A DNA stretch of 64,000 nucleotides from an uncultured delta proteobacterium (lineage in GTDB: Bacteria; Desulfobacterota; Binatia; UBA9968). The notes under the pieces were generated by a model. The model was not told the DNA's origin, made no database searches, and worked only from the letters and a program-made list of their open reading frames with translations. Position numbers and translations under genes: made by a program. How positions within the stretch are numbered: the first letter of the stretch is position 1; each line of letters starts with the position of its first letter. Shown here one piece after another: positions 43,520-53,445 of the stretch. Location: assembly GCA_963745835.1 (NCBI GenBank), contig CAVUZH010000014.1, positions 192,001 to 256,000 of the forward strand, given 5' to 3'.

Positions 43520-44512
43520 ATGAGTAAACCTGAGACTAAGCGCGCTCGTATTGCTATACTCGATGATTTTGAAAAAGTCGCTGACACTGTTCCCGGCTTT
43601 GAGACACTGAAAGCCCGCGCCGACATCACGCTGTTACGAGAAAGGTTAGACACTTCCGAGAACGTTGTTCAAACCTTGCGGCCTTTCGACATAATCCTGC
43701 TGATGCGCGAGCGAACCTCGTTTACCGGCAATGAATACCGTCAACTACCCAATTTAAGATTTATCTCACAGACCGGACGCACCACCGTGCATCTCGATCT
43801 GCCCTCGGCCACCCGCCACGGCATCGCCGTGACCGGCACTTCAACGGACACCGGCGCCACCACTAAAGAGCTAACCATCGGATTGATTTTATCATTGATG
43901 CGCAAAATCCCGCAGGTCGACCGGCGCATGCGCATCGAGAGTTGGCCTCCGGTTCCGGGTTGGACACTGGAGGGCAAAACTGTCGGCGTATTCGGCTTCG
44001 GCAGAATCGGCAAAGAAGTGGCGCGGGTTATGAAAACTCTTAATACTCGGGTGTTAGGCTACTCTCGAACTCTCACGCCGGAAAGGGCGGCGGAAGTCGG
44101 CGCCGAGTGCGTCAGCATGGAAACTCTGATCCGAGAGTCTGACATCATTACCATCCACATCAATTCAAATTCGCAGACCCGAGGCATTATTGGCGATCAG
44201 GAATTTGCCATGATGAAACGCGGCGCCCTCCTAGTCAACACGGCGCGGGGACCGATCGTCTCGGAACCGGCCATGATCAGAGCACTCGAAAGCGGCCAAC
44301 TCGGCGGTGTTGGCCTTGACGTGTTTGACGTTGAACCCCTGCCGATGGATCATCCTTTACGCCGATTCGACAACGCTGTCTTGCTGTCGCATCGCGGCTA
44401 CGCCACTGTCGAGGTTCTCAGCGAGCGCTACGAACAAGCGATGGTAAACATACTCAATTATCTCGACGGCCGTCCGGTAAAGCTGTTGAATCCGGAAGTT
44501 CTTCCGAAATGA
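43520..44512 (+). CDS. D-2-hydroxyacid dehydrogenase family protein
   Basis: GVFGFGRIG, LVNTARGPIV, LDVFDVEPLP, H.GY. Confidence 0.92.
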   Translation: MSKPETKRARIAILDDFEKVADTVPGFETLKARADITLLRERLDTSENVVQTLRPFDIILLMRERTSFTGNEYRQLPNLRFISQTGRTTVHLDLPSATRHGIAVTGTSTDTGATTKELTIGLILSLMRKIPQVDRRMRIESWPPVPGWTLEGKTVGVFGFGRIGKEVARVMKTLNTRVLGYSRTLTPERAAEVGAECVSMETLIRESDIITIHINSNSQTRGIIGDQEFAMMKRGALLVNTARGPIVSEPAMIRALESGQLGGVGLDVFDVEPLPMDHPLRRFDNAVLLSHRGYATVEVLSERYEQAMVNILNYLDGRPVKLLNPEVLPK

Positions 44513-44757
44513 AGAGTTCGAGTCCTTCCTGCCCGTCAAATCGTTCAAACCATCTACGCCGAGAACTGCTGAGGTATTAAAATCAAGTTGCTACTTCGCT
44601 GGGCAGGCTGCTCAATAGATCGCGGAGGCGAGATCTGCTTTCCCGCGACTTGAACGACTGGAACGGCTTTAACCCGTGATGTCTTTATAGTTCGGCGCTG
44701 TTTATGCCGTGCTTGAATGTCGTCTCACCTGTTGCCATGATGCCATTCGGAGCGAAC

Positions 44758-45429
44758 ATGACCCGTAAGGACGCCCTAACAGAGGACGAACTCACCAAGA
44801 CATCAACGATCACTCTCGATCATTACAATCGGCACGCGGATAGTTTCTGGGAAGGCACGCGCGATCATGACGTCACACAGAATCGCGCCGCGTTGCTCGA
44901 GCATATGCCGGGTACAGGTCCTTTTCGCATTCTCGACTTCGGCTGCGGTCCGGGCCGCGACTTAAAAGCCTTCAAAGACATGGGACATGAAGTCATCGGC
45001 CTCGATGGCGCCGAACGCTTTGTCCAAATTGCCCGCGGCTTCAGCGGTTGTGAAGTCTGGCGCCAGGATTTTTTAAGACTGGAGCTGCCGGAAAGTTTTT
45101 TCGACGGTATTTTCGCCAATGCCTCGCTCTTTCATATCCCCAGTCAGGAATTGCCACGCATTTTAAAGGAGCTGTGGCAGACGTTGAAACCGCAGGGCGT
45201 GCTCTTTAGCTCCAATCCACGGGGTGATAATCAGGAAGGCTGGAATGGCAAACGCTATGGGGCCTATTACGATCTCAAACAATGGCGTAAATTCATGAAT
45301 GCAGCCAAATTCACCGAGATCACTCATTACTATCGGCCGCCGGGAGTGCCGCCGGCGGAGCAGCCATGGTTGGCCTCGCTGTGGCACAAGACGGTCGAGC
45401 GGGCTGGTTATCGCATCAATTCGAATTGA
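44758..45429 (+). CDS. Class I SAM-dependent methyltransferase
   Basis: ILDFGCGPGRD, FDGIFANASLFH. Confidence 0.9.
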   Translation: MTRKDALTEDELTKTSTITLDHYNRHADSFWEGTRDHDVTQNRAALLEHMPGTGPFRILDFGCGPGRDLKAFKDMGHEVIGLDGAERFVQIARGFSGCEVWRQDFLRLELPESFFDGIFANASLFHIPSQELPRILKELWQTLKPQGVLFSSNPRGDNQEGWNGKRYGAYYDLKQWRKFMNAAKFTEITHYYRPPGVPPAEQPWLASLWHKTVERAGYRINSN

Positions 45430-45504
45430 CATGTCATCGGCTTATCGAATACGGTCGGTTATAAAAGTACACGAGCAACGATTTCCTTAAGGAGGACTCA
45501 GATA

Positions 45505-46608
45505 ATGGCTATAGGAAACGGTCACGGTCAAGGTATCACTGGCGTCATCATCTCATCCGACTCCCATGTCATGGAGCCGGTGGATCTTTGGAAAAAGGGA
45601 GTCCCGGAAAAATACCGCGCTGAGGCTCCGGTCTTTCCGCCGCACAAAGTCGGCGAGGGCTTTCAACAACATGCCGGCGGTTGGGACCCGCATGCAAGAA
45701 TTCAAGAGATGGAAAAGGACGGTCTCAGCGGCGAAGTGCTGTATCCGACGTTGATGTTGGATCTGTTCGCGCTAGACGATCCGGCCATGCAGGAAGCATG
45801 TTTTCGCGTGTACAACGATTGGCTAATCGATTATTGCAGCGTCGATACCAACCGATTGATCGGCATCCCGGCCATCCCTGTCTATAACATCGACAATGGC
45901 ATTAAAGAGCTCGAACGTTGCCGCAAGGCGGGGCTGAAAGGGGCGATCATTTGGCAAGCGCCCCATCCCGATCTGCCCTTCCATTCCAGCCATTATGATA
46001 AATTTTGGGCTGCCGCTCAGGACCTCGAGTCGCCGGTCAGCCTGCACATCCTGACGGGCCACAGCTACAACAAAGACAAGAACCGCAACGGTGTCGAGCG
46101 TTACCGCGGCAGCGTCAATTTGAAGCTGATGGACATCGCCAACGCGCTTTTCGAGCTGATTTTCTATGGTGTGCTGGAGCGCTATCCTAGGCTCAAGATT
46201 GTTTCCGTCGAGAACGAAGCGGGTTGGTTGCCCTGGATCACCCAGCAATGGGATTACTATTATCGGCGTTTCCGCAATGCTAATCCGCCGCCATTCAGCA
46301 AGGATCCCAGCGAGTACTTTCGCAATCAGATCTATTCCTGCTTCTTCAACGATTCGGTGTGCGGCCACAATCTGGAGTGGTGGGGCCAGGATAATATCAT
46401 GTGGTCCAACGACTTCCCCCATCCTAATTCGACTTGGCCTAACTCGCTGAAGATTATTCAACGGGATCTTGGGCACCTGCCGGTGGAAGTTCAAACCAAA
46501 GTTCTAGCGACCAATGTCTGTAAGTTATACAACCTCGACATGTCGAAGGTGCCGGCCGGCATCGCCAAAGCGGCGCTGGCGACGCAAGCGGTTGGAGCAT
46601 CAGCTTAA
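45505..46608 (+). CDS. Amidohydrolase family 2 protein
   Basis: ISSDSHVMEP, VSLHI, MWSNDFPH. Confidence 0.88.
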   Translation: MAIGNGHGQGITGVIISSDSHVMEPVDLWKKGVPEKYRAEAPVFPPHKVGEGFQQHAGGWDPHARIQEMEKDGLSGEVLYPTLMLDLFALDDPAMQEACFRVYNDWLIDYCSVDTNRLIGIPAIPVYNIDNGIKELERCRKAGLKGAIIWQAPHPDLPFHSSHYDKFWAAAQDLESPVSLHILTGHSYNKDKNRNGVERYRGSVNLKLMDIANALFELIFYGVLERYPRLKIVSVENEAGWLPWITQQWDYYYRRFRNANPPPFSKDPSEYFRNQIYSCFFNDSVCGHNLEWWGQDNIMWSNDFPHPNSTWPNSLKIIQRDLGHLPVEVQTKVLATNVCKLYNLDMSKVPAGIAKAALATQAVGASA

Positions 46609-46634
46609 ACGAAGATTAGCAGGGAGAAGACATC

Positions 46635-47081
46635 GTGACAGGCATCCGCCGGATTTTGTACGCAACGGATTATTCCAAAGCATCAGGACGCGCGAGAGCG
46701 AAAGCTGTCGAGCTTGCTAAAGATTACGACGCGGAGCTCTGGGTGGTTCATGTGATTGCGCCGACAACCGCTTACCTTACCGAACAAGAATTTGGCGGCG
46801 CCGAGCTCTATATGAAACTGGAAGAGAGCGCCAAGCAGCAGGCCGAGAGTTCGATGAAGCGGCTCATGGCAACACTGGGAAAGGCGAAAATCAAAGCCAA
46901 GAGCCTGCTCCTAAGAGGATCGCCGCACGACCAGATCATCAAAGCCGCTAAAAACAAAAAAGTCGACATCATCGTGATCGGCACGCATGGTCGCACTGGG
47001 CTGTCCAAACTATTCTTGGGGAGCGTCGCGGGCCGAGTCGTGTCAGCGGCGACCTGCCCCGTGCTCACAGTCCGACAATAG
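46635..47081 (+). CDS. Universal stress protein
   Basis: RILYATDYS, DIIVIGTHGRTG, LGSVA..V..ATCPVLTV. Confidence 0.92.
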   Translation: MTGIRRILYATDYSKASGRARAKAVELAKDYDAELWVVHVIAPTTAYLTEQEFGGAELYMKLEESAKQQAESSMKRLMATLGKAKIKAKSLLLRGSPHDQIIKAAKNKKVDIIVIGTHGRTGLSKLFLGSVAGRVVSAATCPVLTVRQ

Positions 47082-47340
47082 AAGCATTGGGAGAGACGGC
47101 GCCAAAGCGCGAGAGTGGCGCCTTCTCTCTCGCTACTATTTTCCTAACCGCACTGCATTTCTGGTGCTGTGCGGCAAGCTCCTGGAAGGTTTTTTCCATC
47201 ACCTCAATCTCGGTGAGTTAACCCTGCTACAGCAGCCTCTCACCTGAAGCCGCAATCTGCCTCGCTTGACAGAGGCGGGTTCAGCTCTGTTATGTAAGAG
47301 AACACTGACCGATTCTGAGGAGTTCCTCTGAGGAGTTCTA

Positions 47341-48324
47341 ATGTACAACGGACAAAGCGTCGTCGATGTTCACGGTCACATGACCACCCCGGCAGGGTTT
47401 CGGCAATTTTTGGCGGAGATTGTCTCCCAAAACACGCCGGGACGAAAATTGGAAGTTACCGACGAGCAGTTGGAGAACGCGCAACAGCGTCATCTCAAAT
47501 TCATGGACGATCGCAATGTCGACGTTCAGCTCATTGGACCGAGACCGATCGCCATGTGGCACTGGATGCGCCCATTCCTACAGGAATTCTGGGCACAAAC
47601 CACCAACAATGTGATTGCGCGTATTGTCAGGCTCCACCCGGACCGGTTTCGCGGCATGGCCCAGCTGCCCCAATGCTCGACAAGCAAGGACACGCGCAAC
47701 TGTTTGCCGGAATTCGAGCGCTGCGTGGAAGAATTAGGCTTTGTCGGGGCTTATTTAAACCCTGACCCGGCGGGCGACAAACAAACTCCGGGCGTGCACG
47801 AGGAATATTGGTTTCCGTTATACGAAAAAGCCGTGGAGCTCGATGTGCCGCTGATGATCCATCCGTCGGTAAGCTACGACCGGAGACTGGAAATCATTCC
47901 GGCGAACTATCAGATGAACAACTATTTAGAAGAGTTCATCGCCATGCAGTTACTAACCCACGGCAAAGTCTTTGAGATCTTTCCAAAATTAAAAATCACC
48001 ATCTGTCACTGCGGTGGCGGCCTAAACCGCTTCATCCCGTCGGACAAGCACGTCGGACAGGGAGATTTCAGCAAGAATCTCTTCTACGACTCCTGTGTCT
48101 ACGATGTTCACTATCTCGAAGCCGCGATCAAGCAGCGCGGTGTTGATCAGATTCTTTTTGGCACCGAATCTCCCGGCTCCGGCGGCGCTATTCGTCCGGA
48201 AACCGGCATGCCATCCGACGACTTGATCCCAGTCATAGATAGCCTCGGATTCTTGACTGCTGAAGACAAGCTGAAAATTTTTCAGAAGAATCCTATGAAG
48301 GTTTTTACTAAAGTAAAGATCTAG
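47341..48324 (+). CDS. Amidohydrolase family 2, LigJ (4-oxalomesaconate hydratase)-like
   Basis: VDVHGHMTT, LNPDP.G, LYEKAVELDVPLMIH, LFGTESPG. Confidence 0.75.
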   Translation: MYNGQSVVDVHGHMTTPAGFRQFLAEIVSQNTPGRKLEVTDEQLENAQQRHLKFMDDRNVDVQLIGPRPIAMWHWMRPFLQEFWAQTTNNVIARIVRLHPDRFRGMAQLPQCSTSKDTRNCLPEFERCVEELGFVGAYLNPDPAGDKQTPGVHEEYWFPLYEKAVELDVPLMIHPSVSYDRRLEIIPANYQMNNYLEEFIAMQLLTHGKVFEIFPKLKITICHCGGGLNRFIPSDKHVGQGDFSKNLFYDSCVYDVHYLEAAIKQRGVDQILFGTESPGSGGAIRPETGMPSDDLIPVIDSLGFLTAEDKLKIFQKNPMKVFTKVKI

Positions 48325-48364
48325 ATCGTCCTAGACGGTGCTAGGGTGATGCAGGTAGACGAAT

Positions 48365-48808
48365 GTGATCGAGCTTGAGTTCACCGACGTTGCCGTGGCG
48401 CACGCGATTCAGCTAGCAGTAGCGCCGGTATTTCTTCTTTCAGGAATCGGCGCGATGCTAGCGGTTATGACCAGCCGATTAGGCCGCATCATCGACCGCG
48501 CGCGCGATCTTGAGGAGCGGTTAGTCGATGCGTCTCCGGAGTTCTTTTCAAGTTTACAAATCGATCTCAGAATGCTTTCTCGGCGTGCCAAGCTCATCTA
48601 TTTGGCGATCGCTCTTTGCACGACCACGGCGTTGCTCGTGTGCGCAGTAATCGCATTCCTGTTCGTAAGCGCCTTCTTGCAGTTTGACGCTTCGGTGGTC
48701 GTCGCCCTGCTTTTCATCGCAGCCATGTCTACATTCGTTCTCGGGCTGCTATGGTTCTTGCGCGAGATCTATGTAGGTACCATCAGCCTCCGTATCGGCC
48801 CACGATAA
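48365..48808 (+). CDS. DUF2721 membrane protein
   Basis: IQLAVAPVFLLSGIGAML.VMTSRLGRIIDRAR; FLREI. Confidence 0.85.
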   Translation: MIELEFTDVAVAHAIQLAVAPVFLLSGIGAMLAVMTSRLGRIIDRARDLEERLVDASPEFFSSLQIDLRMLSRRAKLIYLAIALCTTTALLVCAVIAFLFVSAFLQFDASVVVALLFIAAMSTFVLGLLWFLREIYVGTISLRIGPR

Positions 48809-48914
48809 TGAGGCAATCCGCGCATAATCGAATGACATGGAATTGAGCTGCGGCTATCCCAAATGGCTGTGATGGATCTCGTTAAACTCCCGTTGAATTC
48901 TCGCGACCACTTCA

Positions 48915-49811
48915 TCAGACGGAGTAACGCAGTTCCATTTCCAAGAATTCCGGCAAGCGGACCAAGGCCTCATATTCCTTGAGAGAAGCCAGTCTGTGCG
49001 CATAGTTCTTAGTCGAACCCTCGTTTTTCAAAATTGTCAGCATCTCCGTGACTGCCTTGACCACCGTGTAGCGCACCGCGTTACTCCCACCCATGTTGAA
49101 ACCGATCTGTTTAAGCTCGTCCAACGTAATGTTACCGACTTGAATTGCTTCGTCCATGAACATGCAATTCACCGGCACTTTCACCGAATCGCGGATGCGC
49201 TTCAACGCGTCGAGGGTGCGTTGGCGCATGCCTTCCTTTCGGACCCAGGACATGGCAACGCCGACCATATCGATGCCGACTTCCTCGTAGGCCTTGATCC
49301 GCTTCAACGCATCATCCAAGCCATTCACCGACTCCGCATCGGTCCGGGCGCTGATGACAAAATCCGGATCCTCCTTGGCTTCAACCGCGGCCTGGAGCTT
49401 CTTCACTTGCTCTTTGATCGGCACAACCGGAGTTCCTCCCGGAATCAAGGCGCACTTTTTCGGCGTAACCTGATCTTCCATGCCGATGCCGGCGATACCG
49501 GCGCGCTCGAATTCCTTGATCGTCCGGGCGATTCCAAGAGGGCCGCCCGAATAGCCCGTATCGGCGTCAACCATCACTGGAATATCCACGGCAGCGGCCA
49601 CATTCCTGGCATGATTGGCCATCTCGTTCAATCCGATAAGACCCAGATCGGGAAGCCCAAGCAGGCTAGCACAGGTGACATTGCCCAACAGTTTGACTGC
49701 GGTGAAGCCCGTCGTTTCGGCGAGCCGCGCCGTTAGGCAATCATAAACGCCGGGTGTAATGATAATGTCATCGCCCTTCAGCAGTTCTCTAAGTTTAGTC
49801 GTAGTTTTCAT
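48915..49811 (-). CDS. Isocitrate lyase/PEP mutase family C-C lyase (PrpB/dimethylmalate lyase-like)
   Basis: PGVYDCLTA, LGLPDLG, VDADTGY, MEDQVTPKKC, ISARTDA. Confidence 0.88.
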   Translation of the reverse strand: MKTTTKLRELLKGDDIIITPGVYDCLTARLAETTGFTAVKLLGNVTCASLLGLPDLGLIGLNEMANHARNVAAAVDIPVMVDADTGYSGGPLGIARTIKEFERAGIAGIGMEDQVTPKKCALIPGGTPVVPIKEQVKKLQAAVEAKEDPDFVISARTDAESVNGLDDALKRIKAYEEVGIDMVGVAMSWVRKEGMRQRTLDALKRIRDSVKVPVNCMFMDEAIQVGNITLDELKQIGFNMGGSNAVRYTVVKAVTEMLTILKNEGSTKNYAHRLASLKEYEALVRLPEFLEMELRYSV

Positions 49812-49827
49812 TGCTCCCCCTAAGAAG

Positions 49828-50301
49828 TCAAAGTCGTGTTTTCTCTTGACTGGCGATTGAGGATTTCAAGTATGGAATCAACCCCCCTTTGTCCAGAATA
49901 GTGATCGCATGATCTGAAAAAGGCGGAAACGCGAGTGAGGCCCCTTTTATAAGATTACGAACGCTGCCGGATTCCAAGTCGACTTCGATGTCCTCACCTT
50001 GGTCGACAAGGGTCGATATACCCGGGCACTCGATCGCCGGCAAGCCAAGGTTGATCAGAGTGCGGAGATAAATGTTTGAAATGGATTCGGCGAGCACGGC
50101 GGCGATGCCGGCATCGCGCAGCGACCGGGGCGCATCCTCTGCGCTCGATCCCATGCCGAAATTGATTCCCGCAACTATCAGATCGCCGGGCTTTACCTTT
50201 AGATGAAACTCGGGATCAAGGCCGGCCATTACACCTTTGATGTTCCCGGAGTCGATACAGTCGCCGAATTTCCATACTCTGCCGGTAAAAACTCGCTTCA
50301 T
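49828..50301 (-). CDS. LeuD/DmdB-like hydratase small subunit
   Basis: GRVWKFGD.ID, VAGINFGMGSSAEDA, INLGLP. Confidence 0.88.
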   Translation of the reverse strand: MKRVFTGRVWKFGDCIDSGNIKGVMAGLDPEFHLKVKPGDLIVAGINFGMGSSAEDAPRSLRDAGIAAVLAESISNIYLRTLINLGLPAIECPGISTLVDQGEDIEVDLESGSVRNLIKGASLAFPPFSDHAITILDKGGLIPYLKSSIASQEKTRL

Positions 50302-51581
50302 GATGGCAGAAACTCCCTGGGATCGACGATCTCACCTGCGATAGCGCTGGCGGCCACCGTCGCCGGGCTACCCAAGAATATCTGGGCATCGCGGTGACCC
50401 ATGCGGCCGGGAAAGTTTCGGTTACCGGACGAGATGCAAACTTCACCGGTGGCCAGTGAAGGACGGGTGCAGATGCCGCATTCTGAAGCGGTGAGCAGCA
50501 CTTTTGATTTTTCGAAAATTTGCAGAAGTCCCTCTTCGCGTGCTTGAAAGTAAGCGGCATAGGAAGCGGGCGTAACGATCATGCGCACTCCGGGATGCAC
50601 CGTCTTGCCTTTGAGAATCTTGGCTGCGACCCGCAGATCTTCGATTCGCGAGTTGGAGCAAGTTCCGATGAAGGCCTGATTGATCTTGGTTCCGACGAAT
50701 TCGTGAACCGGCTGGCCGTTGGAGGGCACGCCGGGAGCGGCAACAAAAGGTTCCATATCGGTTAAATCGAAGCGAAGCCGCGATTCATATTCGGCATCGG
50801 CATCACTTTCAACCGCAGCAAAGGTTTCATTGCTGACTTGCTTCACGTAATCGATCGCCCGCGCATCGGGCGGGAAGACAGCATTCAGCGCCAGGCTTTC
50901 GACTGCCATATTGCACATCGAGAGACGGCTTTCGACGCTGATCTCAGCAACCGCGCTGCCGCCGTATTCGACAGTTTTATTAACTGCGCCGTTGGCTCCC
51001 ATCTCTGCCATCAGCCGCAGCGCAATATCTTTTCCCCAAATCCACTGCGGTCGCGCGCCCGTGAGCTCGACATAAATAGAGGGTGGAACTTTTAGCCAGA
51101 TCCTTCCGGTTGCCAGCACTCCGACAGTTTCCGTAAAACCTATGCCCGTGGCAAAGCAGGCCAACGCGCCGTAGGTGCAGGAATGCGAGTCGGCGCCGAC
51201 GATGAACTCGCCGGGTCTGACATGTCCCTTTTCGACCATGACATTATGACCGATGCCGCCTTGATAACCTTCGTAAATGACCGCGCCATGCTCCTCGGAA
51301 AATTGCTTGGCCCGCTCCTGACCTTCGGCGCGTCTCGTGCTGCGCGCAGGTTGCTCATCGAAATTGATGATGATCTTGTCCGCATCCCAGGCCTTGCTGA
51401 TGCCCATCTCCTTGAGGATTTCTTTGAATACACCGTAAAGGCCCTTGGGATCTTCCGCTTTCGAAAAGCGCAAGTCTTTGATGTAAAGTTTATCCACCGC
51501 CGCGTCGATCATGTCTCCGGGACGAACTTGGTCTCTCCCGGCGGCTCGCGCGCAAATCTTTTCAGTAATAGTCATTCCCAT
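50298..51581 (-). CDS. LeuC/DmdA-like aconitase-family hydratase large subunit
   Basis: GADSHSCTYGA, FIGTCSNSRIEDL, CGIC, SGNRNFPGRMG. Confidence 0.9.
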   Translation of the reverse strand: MGMTITEKICARAAGRDQVRPGDMIDAAVDKLYIKDLRFSKAEDPKGLYGVFKEILKEMGISKAWDADKIIINFDEQPARSTRRAEGQERAKQFSEEHGAVIYEGYQGGIGHNVMVEKGHVRPGEFIVGADSHSCTYGALACFATGIGFTETVGVLATGRIWLKVPPSIYVELTGARPQWIWGKDIALRLMAEMGANGAVNKTVEYGGSAVAEISVESRLSMCNMAVESLALNAVFPPDARAIDYVKQVSNETFAAVESDADAEYESRLRFDLTDMEPFVAAPGVPSNGQPVHEFVGTKINQAFIGTCSNSRIEDLRVAAKILKGKTVHPGVRMIVTPASYAAYFQAREEGLLQIFEKSKVLLTASECGICTRPSLATGEVCISSGNRNFPGRMGHRDAQIFLGSPATVAASAIAGEIVDPREFLPS

Positions 51582-51596
51582 ATTCGTCTCATGCGA

Positions 51597-52268
51597 TTAA
51601 CGGGTTTGGATTGGCGATCGCGAATCGTACGCTGCTTGCCTGCTGTCTACAAACCGGATCACGTCGGACTGTGTAACCGTCACGTTGTAGCGGTATCCAA
51701 AACTAGCGAAAAGAGAAAATGCTTGCAGCTTCTCCTTCTCGTCTCGCTGAGCGGTGCAGTCCACCGGAACATAAACGTAATAATCACGGATGCTAAATCC
51801 TGTCACGGCGCACTGCACGCAACCGCGGGACGCTATTCCAGTGACAATGATGCGAGCGTCACCGGGGCGCATCTCTAGTCGCTCCAGGACGGACTCCATC
51901 TCGGTGCGATAAAAACAATCGTGCGTGTACTTAACCACGACCGGCTCGTCACGTTCGGGCTTTAACTCTTCCACGAACTCCGCGCCCCAAGTACCTTCGA
52001 TTTTACGGACCACGTTATGGAACAACGTAAATTCCAGCGCGTCGGGTTTGCGCACCGATTGAGTATGGACCACCAATCCCCCTGCGTTACGCACTTTACG
52101 TCGCAAGCTCGCAATTTTCGGAATAATGCCGGTGACGGCTTCGCCCCCGAAACGCTTACCCGAAGGATGCGCATCTTCATTCTCCATATCGACAATCAGG
52201 AGCAATGTCTTGCTTGCGTCCAACTCAAGAGGCACAGGGTCGGGATAGTTCAGTTCGATCTGCATCAT
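51597..52268 (-). CDS. Isochorismatase-family cysteine hydrolase (amidase)
   Basis: LLIVDMEN, VVKYTHDCF, TGIASRGCV give the Asp-Lys-Cys triad. Confidence 0.88.
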   Translation of the reverse strand: MMQIELNYPDPVPLELDASKTLLLIVDMENEDAHPSGKRFGGEAVTGIIPKIASLRRKVRNAGGLVVHTQSVRKPDALEFTLFHNVVRKIEGTWGAEFVEELKPERDEPVVVKYTHDCFYRTEMESVLERLEMRPGDARIIVTGIASRGCVQCAVTGFSIRDYYVYVPVDCTAQRDEKEKLQAFSLFASFGYRYNVTVTQSDVIRFVDSRQAAYDSRSPIQTR

Positions 52269-52319
52269 GCTCTCCTTTTAGCCTTGGCTCGGTCGATATC
52301 TAGGCGGGATCGCGATGGT

Positions 52320-53318
52320 TTATCTCTGCAGTTGATTGACCCAGCCTTCTTTGATGATCCTCTCCAACGGCCCATCATCCTTGTAGAGGCTGGTCTTTAG
52401 CAGATCCTTTTGCAGCGGCCGTCGGGATGCGAAATCCCGGACCACGACCTCGATGCCTTCTTCTGGCACATTCGGAATGGGCTTGAAAAGTTCCGCATAA
52501 GCACGAGTCACCTTGTCGGTAACCGCCGCATCGGACTCGCGATAATACTTCGCGTAAACGCGTTTCGTCAGATTCAGGTCTCTTTTGATCATGTGGATCG
52601 CTTCGATATAAGCTTTGAGAAATGCGTCCACCGTGGCTGGATTCTTTCGAATAAAAGCGCGGCTCCCGGCGACACAGGATGGCGGGTACTTGAAACCGGT
52701 TTGGGTTAAATTCACCAGTATCGGCCAGCCCCGCTCCAGAAAGGACAGCGCATTGCGGTAACTGAGGACGGCGGCGGCGATTTGTCCCTGCTGCAAAGCG
52801 ATTGCGATCTCCGGCCCGGCGCCCAATTGCAGGATCGTCATGTCTTTGTCCGCATCCATGCCCAGATGCTTAAAGGCTGAACGCAGATAAAAGTGAGTCG
52901 TCGATCCAAGTCGTGTAACGGCGGTTGCTTTGCCCTTTAGCTGCGCAGCCGACTTGATTTCCGGCCTGCTGATCAAATAAACAAGATCCAAATCCAGTGG
53001 ACACGCCAGAAGCGTAACATCTCCGCCCTCCGCTCTTGCCGCCACGACCGATTCCGCGCCGATGCCCGAGAGCTGCAGCTCACCGCTGATCACGCCCATC
53101 GTAATCAAGGCGCCGCCACGCATGAAGATTACTTCCACGTCGAGCCCGTGTTTTGAGAACAGCCCAAGATCTTTAGCAACCCAGATGGGCAGAAAATGCG
53201 GCGGAGTCGTCAAAGCAAACCGAATACGTTTGGTTTCTTGAGTTAACCCACTTTGCGCAAAAACGACGGTGACGATGAAAGCCATCATCCATATCGAAGC
53301 GGCTCCTAAATACTTCAT
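52320..53318 (-). CDS. NitT/TauT-family ABC substrate-binding protein
   Basis: Signal peptide; WVAKDLGLFSKHGLDVE, LKGKATAVTRLGST. Confidence 0.85.
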   Translation of the reverse strand: MKYLGAASIWMMAFIVTVVFAQSGLTQETKRIRFALTTPPHFLPIWVAKDLGLFSKHGLDVEVIFMRGGALITMGVISGELQLSGIGAESVVAARAEGGDVTLLACPLDLDLVYLISRPEIKSAAQLKGKATAVTRLGSTTHFYLRSAFKHLGMDADKDMTILQLGAGPEIAIALQQGQIAAAVLSYRNALSFLERGWPILVNLTQTGFKYPPSCVAGSRAFIRKNPATVDAFLKAYIEAIHMIKRDLNLTKRVYAKYYRESDAAVTDKVTRAYAELFKPIPNVPEEGIEVVVRDFASRRPLQKDLLKTSLYKDDGPLERIIKEGWVNQLQR

Positions 53319-53445
53319 CGCAATGCCGTCAAATCTGGGTCTAACAAAAAAGAGTAAGCAGCGCCGGCTTGTTGACCAAGAATATTCGTGGCATAAGCGG
53401 CTTCTAACACGGCGCCGTTCTATCGGTCAATCCAAAGTAACAAGC

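Noticed and set aside
44530-44675. GTTCAAAC / TTGAACGACTGGAACG motifs as a MITE
   Set aside because: Too degenerate to define ends from one copy; may be a decayed genomic repeat
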